Counted from the stretch's first letter, positions 1-10,241 are shown. The stretch: DNA of 32,000 nt from Mycobacterium tuberculosis H37Rv (GCF_000195955.2 NC_000962.3:1770001-1802000), one strand, 5' to 3'. Program-made: numbers and translations. Notes: generated by a model from the letters alone, not told the origin.

Positions 1-1601
1 TGGCTGACCATAAGCGTGGCCCACATGTTGCGCATCTGGCGGGCACGCAGCGCCAAGATGTCGGGGTCATCGGTGGGGCCCTCGACACCGCAGTTCCACG
101 ATCGGTTGTAGCTTTCCCCGTCGCGGTTGTTCTCGCCATTGGCCTCGTTGTGCTTGTCGTTGTACGAGACCAGGTCGTTGAGTGTGAACCCGTCGTGGGC
201 GGTGACGAAATTGATACTGGCACTGGGCCGGCGGCCGGTTGCTTCGTAGAGGTCCGACGACCCGGTCAGCCGGGAGGCGAATTCGCCTAGGGTGGCCGGC
301 TCGCCTCGCCAGTAGTCGCGCACGGTGTCGCGGTACTTGCCGTTCCATTCCGTCCACAGTCCTGGGAAGTTGCCAACCTGGTAGCCACCTTCGCCGACAT
401 CCCATGGCTCGGCGATCAGCTTGACCTGACTGACCACCGGATCTTGTTGCACCAGATCGAAGAATGCCGACAGCCGGTCGACGTCGTGCAGCTCGCGGGC
501 CAGCGTGGACGCCAGGTCGAACCGGAACCCGTCGACGTGCATTTCGATCACCCAGTAGCGCAGCGAATCCATGATCAGCTGCAGGGTGTGTGGGTGGCGG
601 GCATTGAGGCTGTTGCCGGTACCGGTGAAGTCCTTGTAGAACCTCAAGTCGTGGTCCATCAGTCGGTAGTAGGCGGTGTTGTCGATTCCGCGAAAGTTGA
701 TCGTCGGACCCAAGTGGTTGCCTTCAGCGGTGTGGTTGTAGACGACGTCGAGGATGACCTCGATGCCGGCTTCGTGCAGGCTGCGCACCATGGTTTTGAA
801 CTCGGCTACCGCGCTGCCGGCTTGCCGGGTCGACGCGTATTGATGGTGCGGGGCGAAGAATCCGAAGGTGTTGTAACCCCAGTAGTTTCGCAAGCCGAGG
901 TCCAGCAGCCGGGAGTCGTGTAGGAACTGGTGCACCGGCATCAACTCAACGGCGGTGACGTTGAGCTCGTTGAGGTGGTCGATGATCACCGGGTGGGCCA
1001 GGCCGGCGTAGGTGCCCCGGAGTTCGGGCGGGATACTGGGATGGGTCTGTGTCATGCCTTTGACATGCGCTTCGTAGATTACGGTCTCGTGGTACGGGGT
1101 GCGCGGCGACCGGTCGTATGCCCAGTCGAAGAACGGATTGATCACGACGCTGGTCATAGTGTGGCCCAGCGAGTCGACCATCGGGGGAGTGCTGTCCGGG
1201 TCGACGGCGTTGACGTCATAGGAATACAGCGCCTGCCCGAAGGTGAAATCGCCGTGGAACGACTTCCCATACGGGTCGAGCAGCAGCTTGCTGGGGTCAC
1301 ACCGATGGCCGGCCGCCGGGTCGAACGGCCCGTGCACACGAAACCCGTAGCGCTGGCCGGGGGTGATGTTCGGCAGATAGGCATGCCAGACGTACCCGTC
1401 CACCTCGTCAAGCGGGATCCGCGACTCGACGCCGTCCTCGTCGATCAGACATAGCTCGACCTTCTCGGCGATCTCGGAGAACAACGAAAAGTTGGTCCCG
1501 GCGCCGTCGTAGGTGGCTCCAAGCGGATAGGCGTTGCCCGGCCACACCGTGGGTAGAGCGGGCCCGGTCCCGTCGGACTCCCCGGCGTTGTTCGACGACA
1601 T
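1..1601 (-). CDS. treX: Glycogen debranching enzyme / isoamylase-type TreX (GlgX), 5' portion; runs off the left edge
   Basis: Minus-strand translation from ATG at 1601 reads [43 protein letters not shown]... then ...[10 protein letters not shown]-, [34 protein letters not shown], typical of GH13 debranching enzymes. No stop inside the window. Confidence 0.95.
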   Translation of the reverse strand, partial: MSSNNAGESDGTGPALPTVWPGNAYPLGATYDGAGTNFSLFSEIAEKVELCLIDEDGVESRIPLDEVDGYVWHAYLPNITPGQRYGFRVHGPFDPAAGHRCDPSKLLLDPYGKSFHGDFTFGQALYSYDVNAVDPDSTPPMVDSLGHTMTSVVINPFFDWAYDRSPRTPYHETVIYEAHVKGMTQTHPSIPPELRGTYAGLAHPVIIDHLNELNVTAVELMPVHQFLHDSRLLDLGLRNYWGYNTFGFFAPHHQYASTRQAGSAVAEFKTMVRSLHEAGIEVILDVVYNHTAEGNHLGPTINFRGIDNTAYYRLMDHDLRFYKDFTGTGNSLNARHPHTLQLIMDSLRYWVIEMHVDGFRFDLASTLARELHDVDRLSAFFDLVQQDPVVSQVKLIAEPWDVGEGGYQVGNFPGLWTEWNGKYRDTVRDYWRGEPATLGEFASRLTGSSDLYEATGRRPSASINFVTAHDGFTLNDLVSYNDKHNEANGENNRDGESYNRSWNCGVEGPTDDPDILALRARQMRNMWATLMVS

Positions 1602-1639
1602 CACACGACCTTATCCAGGTTCTCCGGCGGGTGTAGGCG

Positions 1640-3829
1640 TCACCACCAGTCGGTGTTCGCCGCGATTTGCCGACCGAGCTCGCTGGTCATCGTCCGCATG
1701 TAGGTGGGGGTCAGGTGATGACTGTCGCGGTACACCAGAACATTTCCCTCGACCGCGCGGCAGGTGTCGGTCCGGCATATCGCGTCGGACATATCGAGTG
1801 GCTTAAGCAGCGGGAACCGCGCAACGAAGTCGAGGGTTGGATTCCGATCGACCAGCACCTTGGACCGCGCGATCCCACACGACTGCGGATTGCCGCCTTT
1901 GGCCAGGCAGTCCGCAGGGATGAACGGTTGGCCGTCCTTGACCAGCCAAGGGGTATCCCGCATCGCGAGAACGGGAATGTTGTTGTCGGCGAACGTTTGC
2001 CAGATCCCGACATAGGTTGCTGGCATCACATCGCCGGGTTTGATGTTCCACGGTCGAGTCGAGGTTGTGAAAACGTAGTCGGGGTGGTCAGCGACCAACT
2101 TGGCCATCGCCGCTTGCACCCACTGGTGACACTGCGGATAGGGAGCGTTATTGCCCATGATCAGCGGGACTTCCTCGGTGGACAACGGGCAACCCATTTT
2201 GAGGTACGTCACCACCTTGAAGTGGTGCATGCGACCCAGCAGATCCAGTGCGGTCAGCCAGTGTTCGGCGTGTGAACCCCCGGCCAGTGCGATGGTCCGG
2301 GGTGCGTCCACATCGCCGTAGGTGCAGTTGATGATCGCCGGGTTGACGAAGTCGCTGATGCAGCCGTCCTTGGTCGAGGTCGGCAGGTCGTGACGGACTT
2401 CCAGGACGGTTGGGCGCATCCGCAGCTTGGGCACCCGGACGTGGTCGATCAGGGCCCGCGCCCCGGGATAGTCGCGGGAGCTCAACCCGCTCAACTCTTT
2501 GCCGGCGGCGCGCTGGACGATGACGTGCTCACGCCACGTGAACGAGGTCGCGGTAAGAGCGACGCCAAGCAGTGCCACCACAGATCCCAGCACGATCGTT
2601 GGCCGACGCAGCCGCAGCCGCCAGGGAATCGGCGGGACCGCCGCCGGCGATCTCACGCCGGCGGGTGCCCGATAGCGTAATGGGTCTTCGACAAGCCGGG
2701 TGGTCAGGTATGCCAGCAACCCGGATACCAGCAGGACTGCCGCGCCTTCGACAAAGTTGGCGTGCCGGTGCCCGGTGTAGGAGAGCCAGAAGATGAGCAG
2801 CGGCCAATGCCACAGATACCAGGAATAGGCCATCGCGCCCAGCGCCACCAACGGAGCGGTGGCTAGCAGGCGATTGGGCAGTGGCAGCCGGTCGCGGGTA
2901 CCGGGATGGCCCTGCCGGTTGGCTCCGGCAAGGATCATCAGCATCGTGGCTCCGACGGGTACCAGCGCCCACGGCCCTGGAAATTCCTTGACACCGTCGA
3001 TCAGGGCGCCGCACGACAGTATCGCCGCCAGCGCGGCGGTGGCCACCGCGGTGCGCAGCCACATCGGCCAGCGCACATGGGGCACCACAGCGCCGACCAG
3101 TGCTCCCGCCAACAACTCCCAGGCCCGCGCGAAGGTGTTGTAGTAAGCGGTCGCCTGGTAGGCGTGATGCGCAACGATGGCATAGATGAATGAGGCCAAC
3201 GTCAACGTGCTCAATAACACCACAAACATCGTCCGCAGGTACGGGGCCCGCGGGCCCCGAAACAGTCTGCGCAGCAAGTAGGCGCACCCGGCAACAAGCA
3301 GCAGGAAAGCGAGATAGAACTGACCCTGCACCGACATAGACCAGATGTGCTGCAAGGGGCTCACCGCTTCACCGGCTCGCAGATAGTTGGAGACCGTGCT
3401 AGCCAGCTCCCAATTCTGGTAATACCCCAAGCTGGCCAGGCTCTGGTTGGCAAACGCTTCCCACCGCGTCTGCGGTTGTATTGCGATGGTGAGCAGCGCG
3501 CAGCCGGCGAGGACCACAACCAGTGCCGGGAGCAGCCGGCGGATGAGTCGGATCACTTCGGCTATAGGCGAGAGTGACAGATCCGGGTTGAGGGCGGCGC
3601 GAAGTATTTTCCCGCCAAAGAAGAAGCCGGACAGCGCCAGGAACACGTCTACTCCGCCGGAAACCCGGCCGAACCAAACGTGGAACACTGCCACCAGGGC
3701 GATCGCGACACCGCGCAATCCGTCCAGGTCGTGCCGGTAAAAGCCGGTCGTACGGGTCCCCATGGTAACCGGGGGCAAGGCCGGCTCCGGGGTCAAGGCC
3801 GGTGGGCGAGGCGGCGACAGGGTCAACAT
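1640..3829 (-). CDS. Integral membrane acyltransferase (acyltransferase-3/OafA-like) with C-terminal SGNH-like domain
   Basis: 729 aa ORF. N-term RHDLDGLRGVAIALVAVFHVWFGRVSGGVDVFLALSGFFFGG is the classic acyltransferase-3 start. C-term has a GDS-like ALAGGSHAEH and terminal DSHHLT (DxxH). Confidence 0.93.
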   Translation of the reverse strand: MLTLSPPRPPALTPEPALPPVTMGTRTTGFYRHDLDGLRGVAIALVAVFHVWFGRVSGGVDVFLALSGFFFGGKILRAALNPDLSLSPIAEVIRLIRRLLPALVVVLAGCALLTIAIQPQTRWEAFANQSLASLGYYQNWELASTVSNYLRAGEAVSPLQHIWSMSVQGQFYLAFLLLVAGCAYLLRRLFRGPRAPYLRTMFVVLLSTLTLASFIYAIVAHHAYQATAYYNTFARAWELLAGALVGAVVPHVRWPMWLRTAVATAALAAILSCGALIDGVKEFPGPWALVPVGATMLMILAGANRQGHPGTRDRLPLPNRLLATAPLVALGAMAYSWYLWHWPLLIFWLSYTGHRHANFVEGAAVLLVSGLLAYLTTRLVEDPLRYRAPAGVRSPAAVPPIPWRLRLRRPTIVLGSVVALLGVALTATSFTWREHVIVQRAAGKELSGLSSRDYPGARALIDHVRVPKLRMRPTVLEVRHDLPTSTKDGCISDFVNPAIINCTYGDVDAPRTIALAGGSHAEHWLTALDLLGRMHHFKVVTYLKMGCPLSTEEVPLIMGNNAPYPQCHQWVQAAMAKLVADHPDYVFTTSTRPWNIKPGDVMPATYVGIWQTFADNNIPVLAMRDTPWLVKDGQPFIPADCLAKGGNPQSCGIARSKVLVDRNPTLDFVARFPLLKPLDMSDAICRTDTCRAVEGNVLVYRDSHHLTPTYMRTMTSELGRQIAANTDWW

Positions 3830-3927
3830 GGTTGACAGTTAATTTACCCAAACCAGCCTCCTGCTTCGCGCGCTGAGCAGCGGGAAGCAGGAGGCGGGTT
3901 TGGGAGGCGAGAAAGCAAGCGGGACCG

Positions 3928-4620
3928 TTAGCGTGAGCGCGCGGTGCCGAAGGGAGGCGGCTGGACGGGCGCTTGCTGGACGGGCGCTTGCTGGACCGGC
4001 GCCTGTTGGACCGGCGCCTGTTGGACGGGCGCCTGTTGGACGGGCGCTTGCTGGACGGGCGCTTGCTGGACCGGCGCTGGCTGGACCGGCGCCTGTTGGA
4101 CGGGCGTCGGCTGGGTCCCGAGAACCCGGACCAGGTAAGGCGTCATGCCGTTGGTGCGCACCGGCGAAACCTGGACGACGTCGCCCACCTCCAGCATCTG
4201 GCCCTTCCCGAGGTATAACGCGACGCTTTGCGTGCCTTCGGGGCCGTAGAAGATCAGGTCGCCCTTGCGCGCTTGCTGCGGCAGGACCTTTTGCCCAACC
4301 TTGTACATCTGGCCGGAAGAACGCGGCAGCTTTAGCCCGGCACCGGCATAGGCGTACTGGATCAAACCGGAGGCGTCGAACCCGACGGTGTTGATGCCGG
4401 TACCGGTGCCGCGCGTGGGGCCGCTGATGCCGCCGCCGGCCCAGGAGAACGGCACGCCGCGCTGCGACAGCCCGCGCGCGATCACGACGTCGGTGATCTG
4501 TTGATAATCCACCGGCCGCGTGGCCGGGTCTGCGGCCGCAAGACCGGGCGCGGCCACCATCGGGGCGAGCATCATTGCCAGACCGATCGCGAAGGAGCCG
4601 CTTTTCATGCTGCGTTTCAT
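3928..4620 (-). CDS. ripD: RipD-like secreted NlpC/P60-fold protein with (QAPVQ)n C-terminal tail
   Basis: [32 protein letters not shown] signal peptide; NlpC/P60 fold segment [10 protein letters not shown]...[16 protein letters not shown]...RKGDLIFYG. An AGGAGG Shine-Dalgarno lies just upstream of ATG 4620, so this start is preferred over the ORF-track start at 4677. Confidence 0.92.
   Translation of the reverse strand: MKRSMKSGSFAIGLAMMLAPMVAAPGLAAADPATRPVDYQQITDVVIARGLSQRGVPFSWAGGGISGPTRGTGTGINTVGFDASGLIQYAYAGAGLKLPRSSGQMYKVGQKVLPQQARKGDLIFYGPEGTQSVALYLGKGQMLEVGDVVQVSPVRTNGMTPYLVRVLGTQPTPVQQAPVQPAPVQQAPVQQAPVQQAPVQQAPVQQAPVQQAPVQQAPVQPPPFGTARSR
3961..4110 (-). repeat. Tandem repeat, 10 units of 15 bp (consensus on + strand CTGGACGGGCGCTTG) encoding QAPVQ pentapeptides
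   Basis: Direct reading: units at 3961, 3976, 3991, 4006, 4021, 4036, 4051, 4066, 4081, 4096; the last one is diverged. Confidence 0.93.
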
Positions 4621-4859
4621 GGGGTTGTAACCTCCTTGGCACTCTCGGGTGGTGTGTGCCTCAGCACGTGACTTCACCGTCTGCCATTCCAGCCGGAAGT
4701 CACTTTATTCACACCAATCACTACAGACACTTTGACAACAGATGCCGGCCGCGTCCATAGCTGGCCAGATCCACCAGAAGTCTTTTTGCCGTAACGTGAC
4801 CGGACGGTGACTGCCGCGCTCAATCTTTGATCGGCAGTTGTGATTTCAGTCACGCGCGA

Positions 4860-5309
4860 TTAATGCCAATAGCGTTCGCTGAATCCCGCTATCGCGTAGC
4901 CCGCGATGGAGGTGACGGTGATGACGGCGATCGAGATGATCGGCCAGAAGGACATGTACCAGCCCTTCAACATGGAAACGAAGGGGCCGATGACGGCTGT
5001 GGCGATGGCCGCACCGATCCCTCCCCACATCACCGGGTAGATGTAATAGTTGACGCCGAACGGTACCAGCGGGCAAGCATCCGGCGGGCACACGTTGTCG
5101 GTGAAGGCGAAGAGCCGTGATGGCCAGCTAGTCATCGTGACCATGACCAGAAATACTGCCAATATCGCTACGGTACATACCACGTCCCAGGGCGCTATCC
5201 GCAGCGTGAGTACCCGTGGGGGTGTCCGCTCGTCGGGCTCGTCTAGAGCCGACCGGGATTCGGTGCCAGCATCGGGCTGAGTGTCTTCAGGCTGATTCGG
5301 CGGTGCCAT
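4860..5309 (-). CDS. Small membrane protein (Rv1567c-like)
   Basis: In-frame ORF (149 aa from ATG 5309) [15 protein letters not shown]...[24 protein letters not shown]... with about three hydrophobic segments. Start uncertain (5432, 5309 or 5144 possible). Confidence 0.65.
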   Translation of the reverse strand: MAPPNQPEDTQPDAGTESRSALDEPDERTPPRVLTLRIAPWDVVCTVAILAVFLVMVTMTSWPSRLFAFTDNVCPPDACPLVPFGVNYYIYPVMWGGIGAAIATAVIGPFVSMLKGWYMSFWPIISIAVITVTSIAGYAIAGFSERYWH

Positions 5310-5391
5310 GCATGCATGCTCCCCGATGGCAGAGGTTTTGGCGACCGTTACTGGGATGGGCCGTGGCGTGGCTGCATTACCCTCGATCTCC

Positions 5392-6705
5392 ATGGCTGCG
5401 GCGACTGGCGGGTTGACGCCCGAGCAGATCATCGCGGTCGATGGCGCCCATCTGTGGCACCCTTACAGCTCCATCGGCAGGGAAGCCGTGTCGCCGGTGG
5501 TGGCCGTCGCCGCCCACGGAGCGTGGTTGACGCTGATTCGCGACGGCCAGCCGATCGAGGTGCTCGACGCGATGAGCTCCTGGTGGACCGCGATCCACGG
5601 GCACGGCCACCCCGCTCTGGACCAGGCGTTAACCACCCAGTTGCGGGTGATGAACCACGTCATGTTCGGGGGGCTGACTCACGAGCCGGCGGCCCGGCTG
5701 GCGAAGCTGCTGGTCGACATCACCCCGGCGGGTCTCGACACGGTGTTCTTCAGCGACTCCGGCTCGGTGTCGGTGGAAGTCGCGGCCAAGATGGCGCTGC
5801 AGTACTGGCGCGGCCGCGGCCTGCCCGGCAAGCGACGGCTCATGACCTGGCGCGGCGGCTATCACGGCGACACCTTCCTGGCTATGAGCATCTGCGACCC
5901 GCACGGCGGCATGCACTCGCTGTGGACCGACGTCCTGGCCGCCCAAGTGTTCGCGCCACAAGTGCCACGGGACTACGATCCCGCCTACAGCGCGGCGTTC
6001 GAGGCGCAGCTGGCGCAGCACGCCGGCGAGCTGGCCGCGGTGGTCGTGGAGCCGGTCGTGCAGGGTGCGGGCGGTATGCGTTTTCACGACCCGCGCTATC
6101 TGCACGACCTGCGGGACATCTGCCGCCGTTACGAGGTGCTGCTGATCTTCGATGAGATCGCCACCGGCTTCGGCCGCACCGGCGCGTTGTTCGCCGCCGA
6201 CCACGCCGGGGTGAGCCCGGACATCATGTGTGTCGGCAAGGCGCTCACCGGCGGCTACCTCAGCTTGGCCGCCACCTTGTGCACCGCCGACGTCGCGCAC
6301 ACCATCAGCGCCGGTGCGGCCGGGGCGCTGATGCACGGCCCCACCTTCATGGCCAATCCGCTGGCCTGTGCGGTCTCGGTGGCCAGTGTGGAGCTGCTGC
6401 TCGGCCAGGACTGGCGCACGCGCATCACCGAACTGGCCGCCGGGCTGACCGCCGGCCTGGATACCGCCCGGGCGCTGCCCGCCGTCACCGATGTGCGGGT
6501 GTGCGGCGCGATCGGCGTCATCGAATGCGACCGACCGGTCGACCTGGCCGTCGCGACTCCCGCGGCGCTGGATCGAGGCGTGTGGCTGCGCCCGTTTCGC
6601 AACCTGGTCTACGCCATGCCGCCCTATATCTGCACACCGGCCGAGATCACGCAGATCACCTCGGCGATGGTCGAGGTCGCACGGCTCGTAGGCTCACTGC
6701 CATGA
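5392..6705 (+). CDS. bioA: Adenosylmethionine-8-amino-7-oxononanoate aminotransferase
   Basis: 437 aa from [29 protein letters not shown]; [14 protein letters not shown] and the PLP-lysine context [15 protein letters not shown]. Confidence 0.97.
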   Translation: MAAATGGLTPEQIIAVDGAHLWHPYSSIGREAVSPVVAVAAHGAWLTLIRDGQPIEVLDAMSSWWTAIHGHGHPALDQALTTQLRVMNHVMFGGLTHEPAARLAKLLVDITPAGLDTVFFSDSGSVSVEVAAKMALQYWRGRGLPGKRRLMTWRGGYHGDTFLAMSICDPHGGMHSLWTDVLAAQVFAPQVPRDYDPAYSAAFEAQLAQHAGELAAVVVEPVVQGAGGMRFHDPRYLHDLRDICRRYEVLLIFDEIATGFGRTGALFAADHAGVSPDIMCVGKALTGGYLSLAATLCTADVAHTISAGAAGALMHGPTFMANPLACAVSVASVELLLGQDWRTRITELAAGLTAGLDTARALPAVTDVRVCGAIGVIECDRPVDLAVATPAALDRGVWLRPFRNLVYAMPPYICTPAEITQITSAMVEVARLVGSLP

Positions 6706-7862
6706 AAGCCGCCACGCAGGCACGGATCGACGATTCACCGTTGGCCTGGTTGGACGCGGTGCAGCGGCAGCGCCACGAGGCCGGACTGCGGCGCTGCCTG
6801 CGGCCGCGTCCCGCGGTCGCCACCGAGCTGGACTTGGCCTCCAACGACTATCTCGGTCTGTCCCGACATCCCGCCGTCATCGACGGCGGCGTCCAGGCGC
6901 TGCGGATCTGGGGCGCCGGCGCCACCGGGTCGCGCCTGGTTACCGGCGACACCAAGCTGCACCAGCAATTCGAGGCCGAGCTCGCCGAGTTCGTCGGCGC
7001 TGCCGCGGGATTGCTGTTCTCCTCTGGCTACACGGCCAACCTGGGCGCCGTGGTCGGCCTGTCCGGCCCGGGTTCCCTGCTGGTGTCCGACGCCCGTTCG
7101 CATGCGTCGTTGGTGGATGCCTGTCGGCTGTCGCGGGCGCGGGTTGTGGTGACGCCGCACCGCGACGTCGACGCCGTGGACGCCGCGCTGCGATCGCGCG
7201 ACGAGCAGCGCGCCGTCGTCGTCACCGACTCGGTGTTCAGCGCCGACGGCTCGCTGGCGCCGGTTCGGGAGTTGCTTGAGGTCTGCCGGCGTCATGGTGC
7301 GCTGCTTCTGGTGGACGAGGCGCACGGCCTGGGTGTGCGTGGCGGCGGACGCGGGCTGCTCTACGAGTTAGGTCTAGCGGGTGCGCCCGACGTGGTGATG
7401 ACCACCACGCTGTCCAAGGCGCTGGGCAGCCAGGGTGGTGTGGTGCTCGGGCCGACGCCGGTGCGGGCCCATCTGATCGATGCTGCCCGGCCGTTCATCT
7501 TCGACACCGGTCTGGCGCCGGCGGCGGTGGGTGCCGCACGGGCCGCGCTGCGCGTCTTGCAGGCCGAGCCGTGGCGACCGCAGGCGGTGCTCAACCACGC
7601 TGGTGAACTTGCGCGGATGTGCGGTGTGGCTGCGGTGCCGGACTCGGCGATGGTGTCGGTGATCCTGGGCGAGCCGGAGTCGGCAGTGGCCGCCGCGGCG
7701 GCCTGCCTGGACGCCGGGGTCAAGGTGGGCTGCTTCCGGCCGCCGACGGTGCCCGCGGGTACGTCGCGGCTGCGGCTGACCGCGCGCGCATCGCTGAACG
7801 CCGGCGAGCTCGAGCTGGCCCGGCGGGTGCTGACGGATGTTCTCGCCGTGGCGCGCCGTTGA
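6702..7862 (+). CDS. bioF1: 8-amino-7-oxononanoate synthase
   Basis: 386 aa [21 protein letters not shown]...[15 protein letters not shown]...[16 protein letters not shown]...[17 protein letters not shown] overlap with the bioA stop. Confidence 0.97.
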
Positions 7863-8539
7863 CGATCCTGGTCGTCACCGGGACCGGCACGGGGGTCGGC
7901 AAGACGGTCGTCTGCGCGGCGCTGGCGTCGGCCGCACGTCAGGCCGGCATCGACGTGGCGGTGTGCAAGCCCGTTCAGACCGGCACCGCCCGCGGTGACG
8001 ACGACCTCGCCGAGGTCGGCCGGTTGGCCGGGGTGACCCAGCTGGCCGGCTTGGCGCGATATCCGCAGCCGATGGCCCCGGCCGCCGCCGCCGAACACGC
8101 CGGGATGGCGTTGCCCGCCCGCGATCAGATCGTGCGGCTGATCGCAGACCTGGACCGTCCCGGGCGGTTGACCCTCGTCGAGGGGGCGGGCGGGCTGCTG
8201 GTCGAACTCGCCGAGCCGGGCGTCACGCTGCGCGATGTCGCCGTCGACGTGGCCGCCGCGGCTTTGGTGGTGGTCACCGCGGACCTGGGCACCCTCAACC
8301 ACACCAAGTTGACGTTGGAAGCGCTTGCTGCACAACAGGTTTCATGTGCAGGGCTGGTGATCGGCAGCTGGCCGGACCCGCCCGGGTTGGTGGCAGCCTC
8401 GAATCGGTCCGCGCTGGCGCGCATTGCTATGGTGCGGGCCGCTCTGCCCGCCGGGGCCGCGTCGCTGGATGCCGGGGACTTCGCGGCGATGAGCGCGGCG
8501 GCGTTCGACCGCAACTGGGTTGCCGGGCTGGTCGGCTGA
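7859..8539 (+). CDS. bioD: Dethiobiotin synthetase
   Basis: TTG start, [42 protein letters not shown] (P-loop), [14 protein letters not shown]. Overlaps bioF1 by 4 nt. Confidence 0.96.
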
Positions 8540-9048
8540 TGGTGCATTCGATCGAGCTGGTCTTCGACAGCGATACCGAGGCGGCGATCCGGCGCATCTG
8601 GGCGGGGTTGGCCGCCGCCGGCATACCCAGCCAGGCGCCGGCCAGCCGTCCGCACGTGTCGCTGGCGGTGGCCGAACGGATCGCCCCGGAGGTCGATGAG
8701 CCGCTGGGTGCGGTTGCCCGTCGGCTGCCGCTGGACTGCGTGATCGGCGCGCCGGTGCTGTTCGGGCGGGCCAATGTCGTGTTCACCCGGCTGGTGGTGC
8801 CGACCAGCGAGCTTTTGGCCCTGCATGCCGAGGTGCACCGGCTCTGCGGCCCGCACCTGGCGCCCGCGCCGATGGCCAACAGCCTGCCCGGTCAGTGGAC
8901 CGCCCATGTCACCCTGGCCCGACGGGTCGGTGGTCACCAATTGGGGCGGGCGCTGCGCATTGCGGGACGGCCGTCGCGGATTGACGGTCGGTTCGCCGGC
9001 TTGCGCCGCTGGGACGGCAACACGCGTGCCGAGTACCTGCTGGGGTGA
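8539..9048 (+). CDS. 2'-5' RNA ligase / 2H phosphoesterase superfamily protein
   Basis: 169 aa with two H-x-(S/T) motifs: SRPHVSLAV and WTAHVTLAR; shares 1 nt with the bioD stop. Confidence 0.85.
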   Translation: MVHSIELVFDSDTEAAIRRIWAGLAAAGIPSQAPASRPHVSLAVAERIAPEVDEPLGAVARRLPLDCVIGAPVLFGRANVVFTRLVVPTSELLALHAEVHRLCGPHLAPAPMANSLPGQWTAHVTLARRVGGHQLGRALRIAGRPSRIDGRFAGLRRWDGNTRAEYLLG

Positions 9049-9193
9049 GGCGGGCCCAAAAAGCTTGATGGCGAAGGGGTTTGATCGCAACTTCGTCTTA
9101 ATGGCCAGCTCGCGGGTTCGGGCGGGTGCTGGCCAGGTGGCGAGGACGCACGTCGATGTGGGGATGTCCAAAGATCTTCGCGGGCGGCGATTC

Positions 9194-9276
9194 TCACGGA
9201 TCGTCGTGGTTGTCCTCGTCGTTGTGGCGTAGCAGCTTCTCGTGGTGGTGGAAGGTGTTGGTGCGGGGTTGGCCGT
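9194..9276 (-). pseudogene. C-terminal coding fragment of the REP13E12 HNH/DUF222 protein, separated by prophage insertion
   Basis: Stop TCA at 9194-9196 (+ strand); frame joins exactly to ...[12 protein letters not shown] of the ORF ending near 18525. Confidence 0.82.
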
Positions 9277-9278
9277 GG
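9267..9278. repeat. att core (left), GGTTGGCCGTGG
   Basis: Identical 12 bp sequence at 18514-18525; sequence context diverges on both sides. Confidence 0.93.
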
Positions 9279-9313
9279 ACTGCTGAAGAACATTCCACGC
9301 CAGGAGATCAACC

Positions 9314-9724
9314 ATGACCACCACACCAGCACGTTTCAACCACTTGGTGACGGTAACCGACCTGGAAACGGGTGACCGCGCCGTCTGCGACCGCGACCAG
9401 GTGGCCGAGACGATCCGGGCGTGGTTCCCGGACGCGCCCTTGGAGGTGAGGGAAGCGCTCGTTCGGCTGCAGGCCGCGTTGAATCGGCACGAGCACACCG
9501 GCGAGCTCGAAGCGTTCCTGCGGATCAGCGTCGAGCACGCCGACGCCGCCGGCGGCGACGAGTGCGGCCCGGCGATCCTGGCCGGCCGCTCCGGGCCGGA
9601 ACAAGCCGCCATCAACCGGCAACTCGGACTCGCCGGCGACGACGAGCCCGACGGCGACGACACCCCGCCGTGGAGCCGGATGATCGGGCTTGGCGGCGGA
9701 AGCCCAGCGGAAGACGAGCGCTGA
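9314..9724 (+). CDS. phiRv1 hypothetical protein (Rv1573-like)
   Basis: 136 aa ORF, MTTTPARFNHLVTVTDLETGDRAVCDRDQVAETIRAWFPDAPLEVREAL..., first prophage gene in the + orientation. Confidence 0.75.
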   Translation: MTTTPARFNHLVTVTDLETGDRAVCDRDQVAETIRAWFPDAPLEVREALVRLQAALNRHEHTGELEAFLRISVEHADAAGGDECGPAILAGRSGPEQAAINRQLGLAGDDEPDGDDTPPWSRMIGLGGGSPAEDER

Positions 9725-9775
9725 CGGTGAACACCGCGGCAACAGGACGCTGGGCGGTCCCACGGGCGGGGCATG

Positions 9776-9807
9776 GATAGCTTCCGGCCCATGGGCCGGA
9801 AGCTATC
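9776..9807. repeat. Perfect 32 bp palindrome GATAGCTTCCGGCCCA|TGGGCCGGAAGCTATC
   Basis: Direct reading; 16 nt arms, no spacer, centred on CCATGG. Confidence 0.97.
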
Positions 9808-9912
9808 TCGGAGAAACAAATGGCGCCGCTGGCCGCCGGATCGCGGAGCTGGAGCGGCCGAAAGCCAAGCAGCGGCAGCGCGAGGGGCAGGATCATGGCC
9901 GCCAGGCTCGAT

Positions 9913-9948
9913 ATTCTGGTTTGGGGCCCATGGGCTACAAACCAGAAT
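9913..9948. repeat. Inverted repeat ATTCTGGTTT-(16 nt incl. GCCCATGGGC)-AAACCAGAAT (copy A)
   Basis: 10 nt perfect outer arms plus an inner palindrome. Confidence 0.93.
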
Positions 9949-10241
9949 CAGAGCGTCATTCGACGAAAACAGACACTGCTATCGGCGCAGCCCTCGGCAT
10001 CTCCGCCGGCACCTACCGGCGGCTCAAACGAATCGACAACGCAACCCACAGCGACGACAAAGAAATCCGCCGGTTCGCGGAGAAACAAATGGCGCCGCTG
10101 GTCGCCGGATCGCCGAGCTGGAACGCCCGAAAGCCAAGGAGCGCCAACGCGAGGGTGGTCGCCTCGGTGCATCGATCACCAATGCCGGCTTTGGTCCCAT
10201 GGAACCAAAGCCGTCTCAGCGCCACACTGACAAGGAGGTAG
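9930..10241 (+). CDS. phiRv1 HTH-like hypothetical protein (Rv1574-like); possibly a fragment of a longer degraded ORF
   Basis: 103 aa MGYKPESERHSTKTDTAIGAALGISAGTYRRLKRIDNATHSDDKEIRRFAEKQ...; helix-turn-helix-like core. The frame extends upstream to 9690. Confidence 0.5.
   Translation: MGYKPESERHSTKTDTAIGAALGISAGTYRRLKRIDNATHSDDKEIRRFAEKQMAPLVAGSPSWNARKPRSANARVVASVHRSPMPALVPWNQSRLSATLTRR
10186..10213. repeat. Inverted repeat CGGCTTTGGT-CCCATGGA-ACCAAAGCCG (copy B)
   Basis: 10 nt perfect arms, 8 nt loop containing CCATGG. Confidence 0.93.

Larger units (their letters stand above)
9050..9278 (-). mobile_element. REP13E12-family element, 3' fragment on the left side of the prophage (contains the C-terminal coding tail)
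   Basis: Minus strand 9276->9194 reads GQPRTNTFHHHEKLLRHNDEDNHDDP*, continuing in frame from the HNH ORF on the far side of the prophage. Outer boundary approximate. Confidence 0.8.

Noticed and set aside
3961-4110. Possible CRISPR-like array
   Set aside because: 15 bp contiguous units with no spacers, in frame within ripD and encoding a Pro/Gln tail; it is a coding minisatellite.
3839-4642. 267-aa minus-strand ORF (and the 164-aa + strand ORF 3900-4394) overlapping ripD
   Set aside because: High-GC shadow ORFs; the residues are Arg/Ala/Gly/Pro-biased, whereas the ripD frame has a signal peptide, Shine-Dalgarno and conserved domain.
7361-8335. 324-aa minus-strand ORF antisense to bioF1/bioD
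   Set aside because: No recognisable domain and explained by third-position GC bias opposite well-supported genes.
9773-10198. N-terminal extension of the 308-aa + strand ORF (MDSFRPMGRKLSRRNKWRRW...)
   Set aside because: Low-complexity Arg/Trp/Pro translation is the out-of-frame reading of repeat module A; not supported as the real start. Only the downstream module-like part is protein-like.
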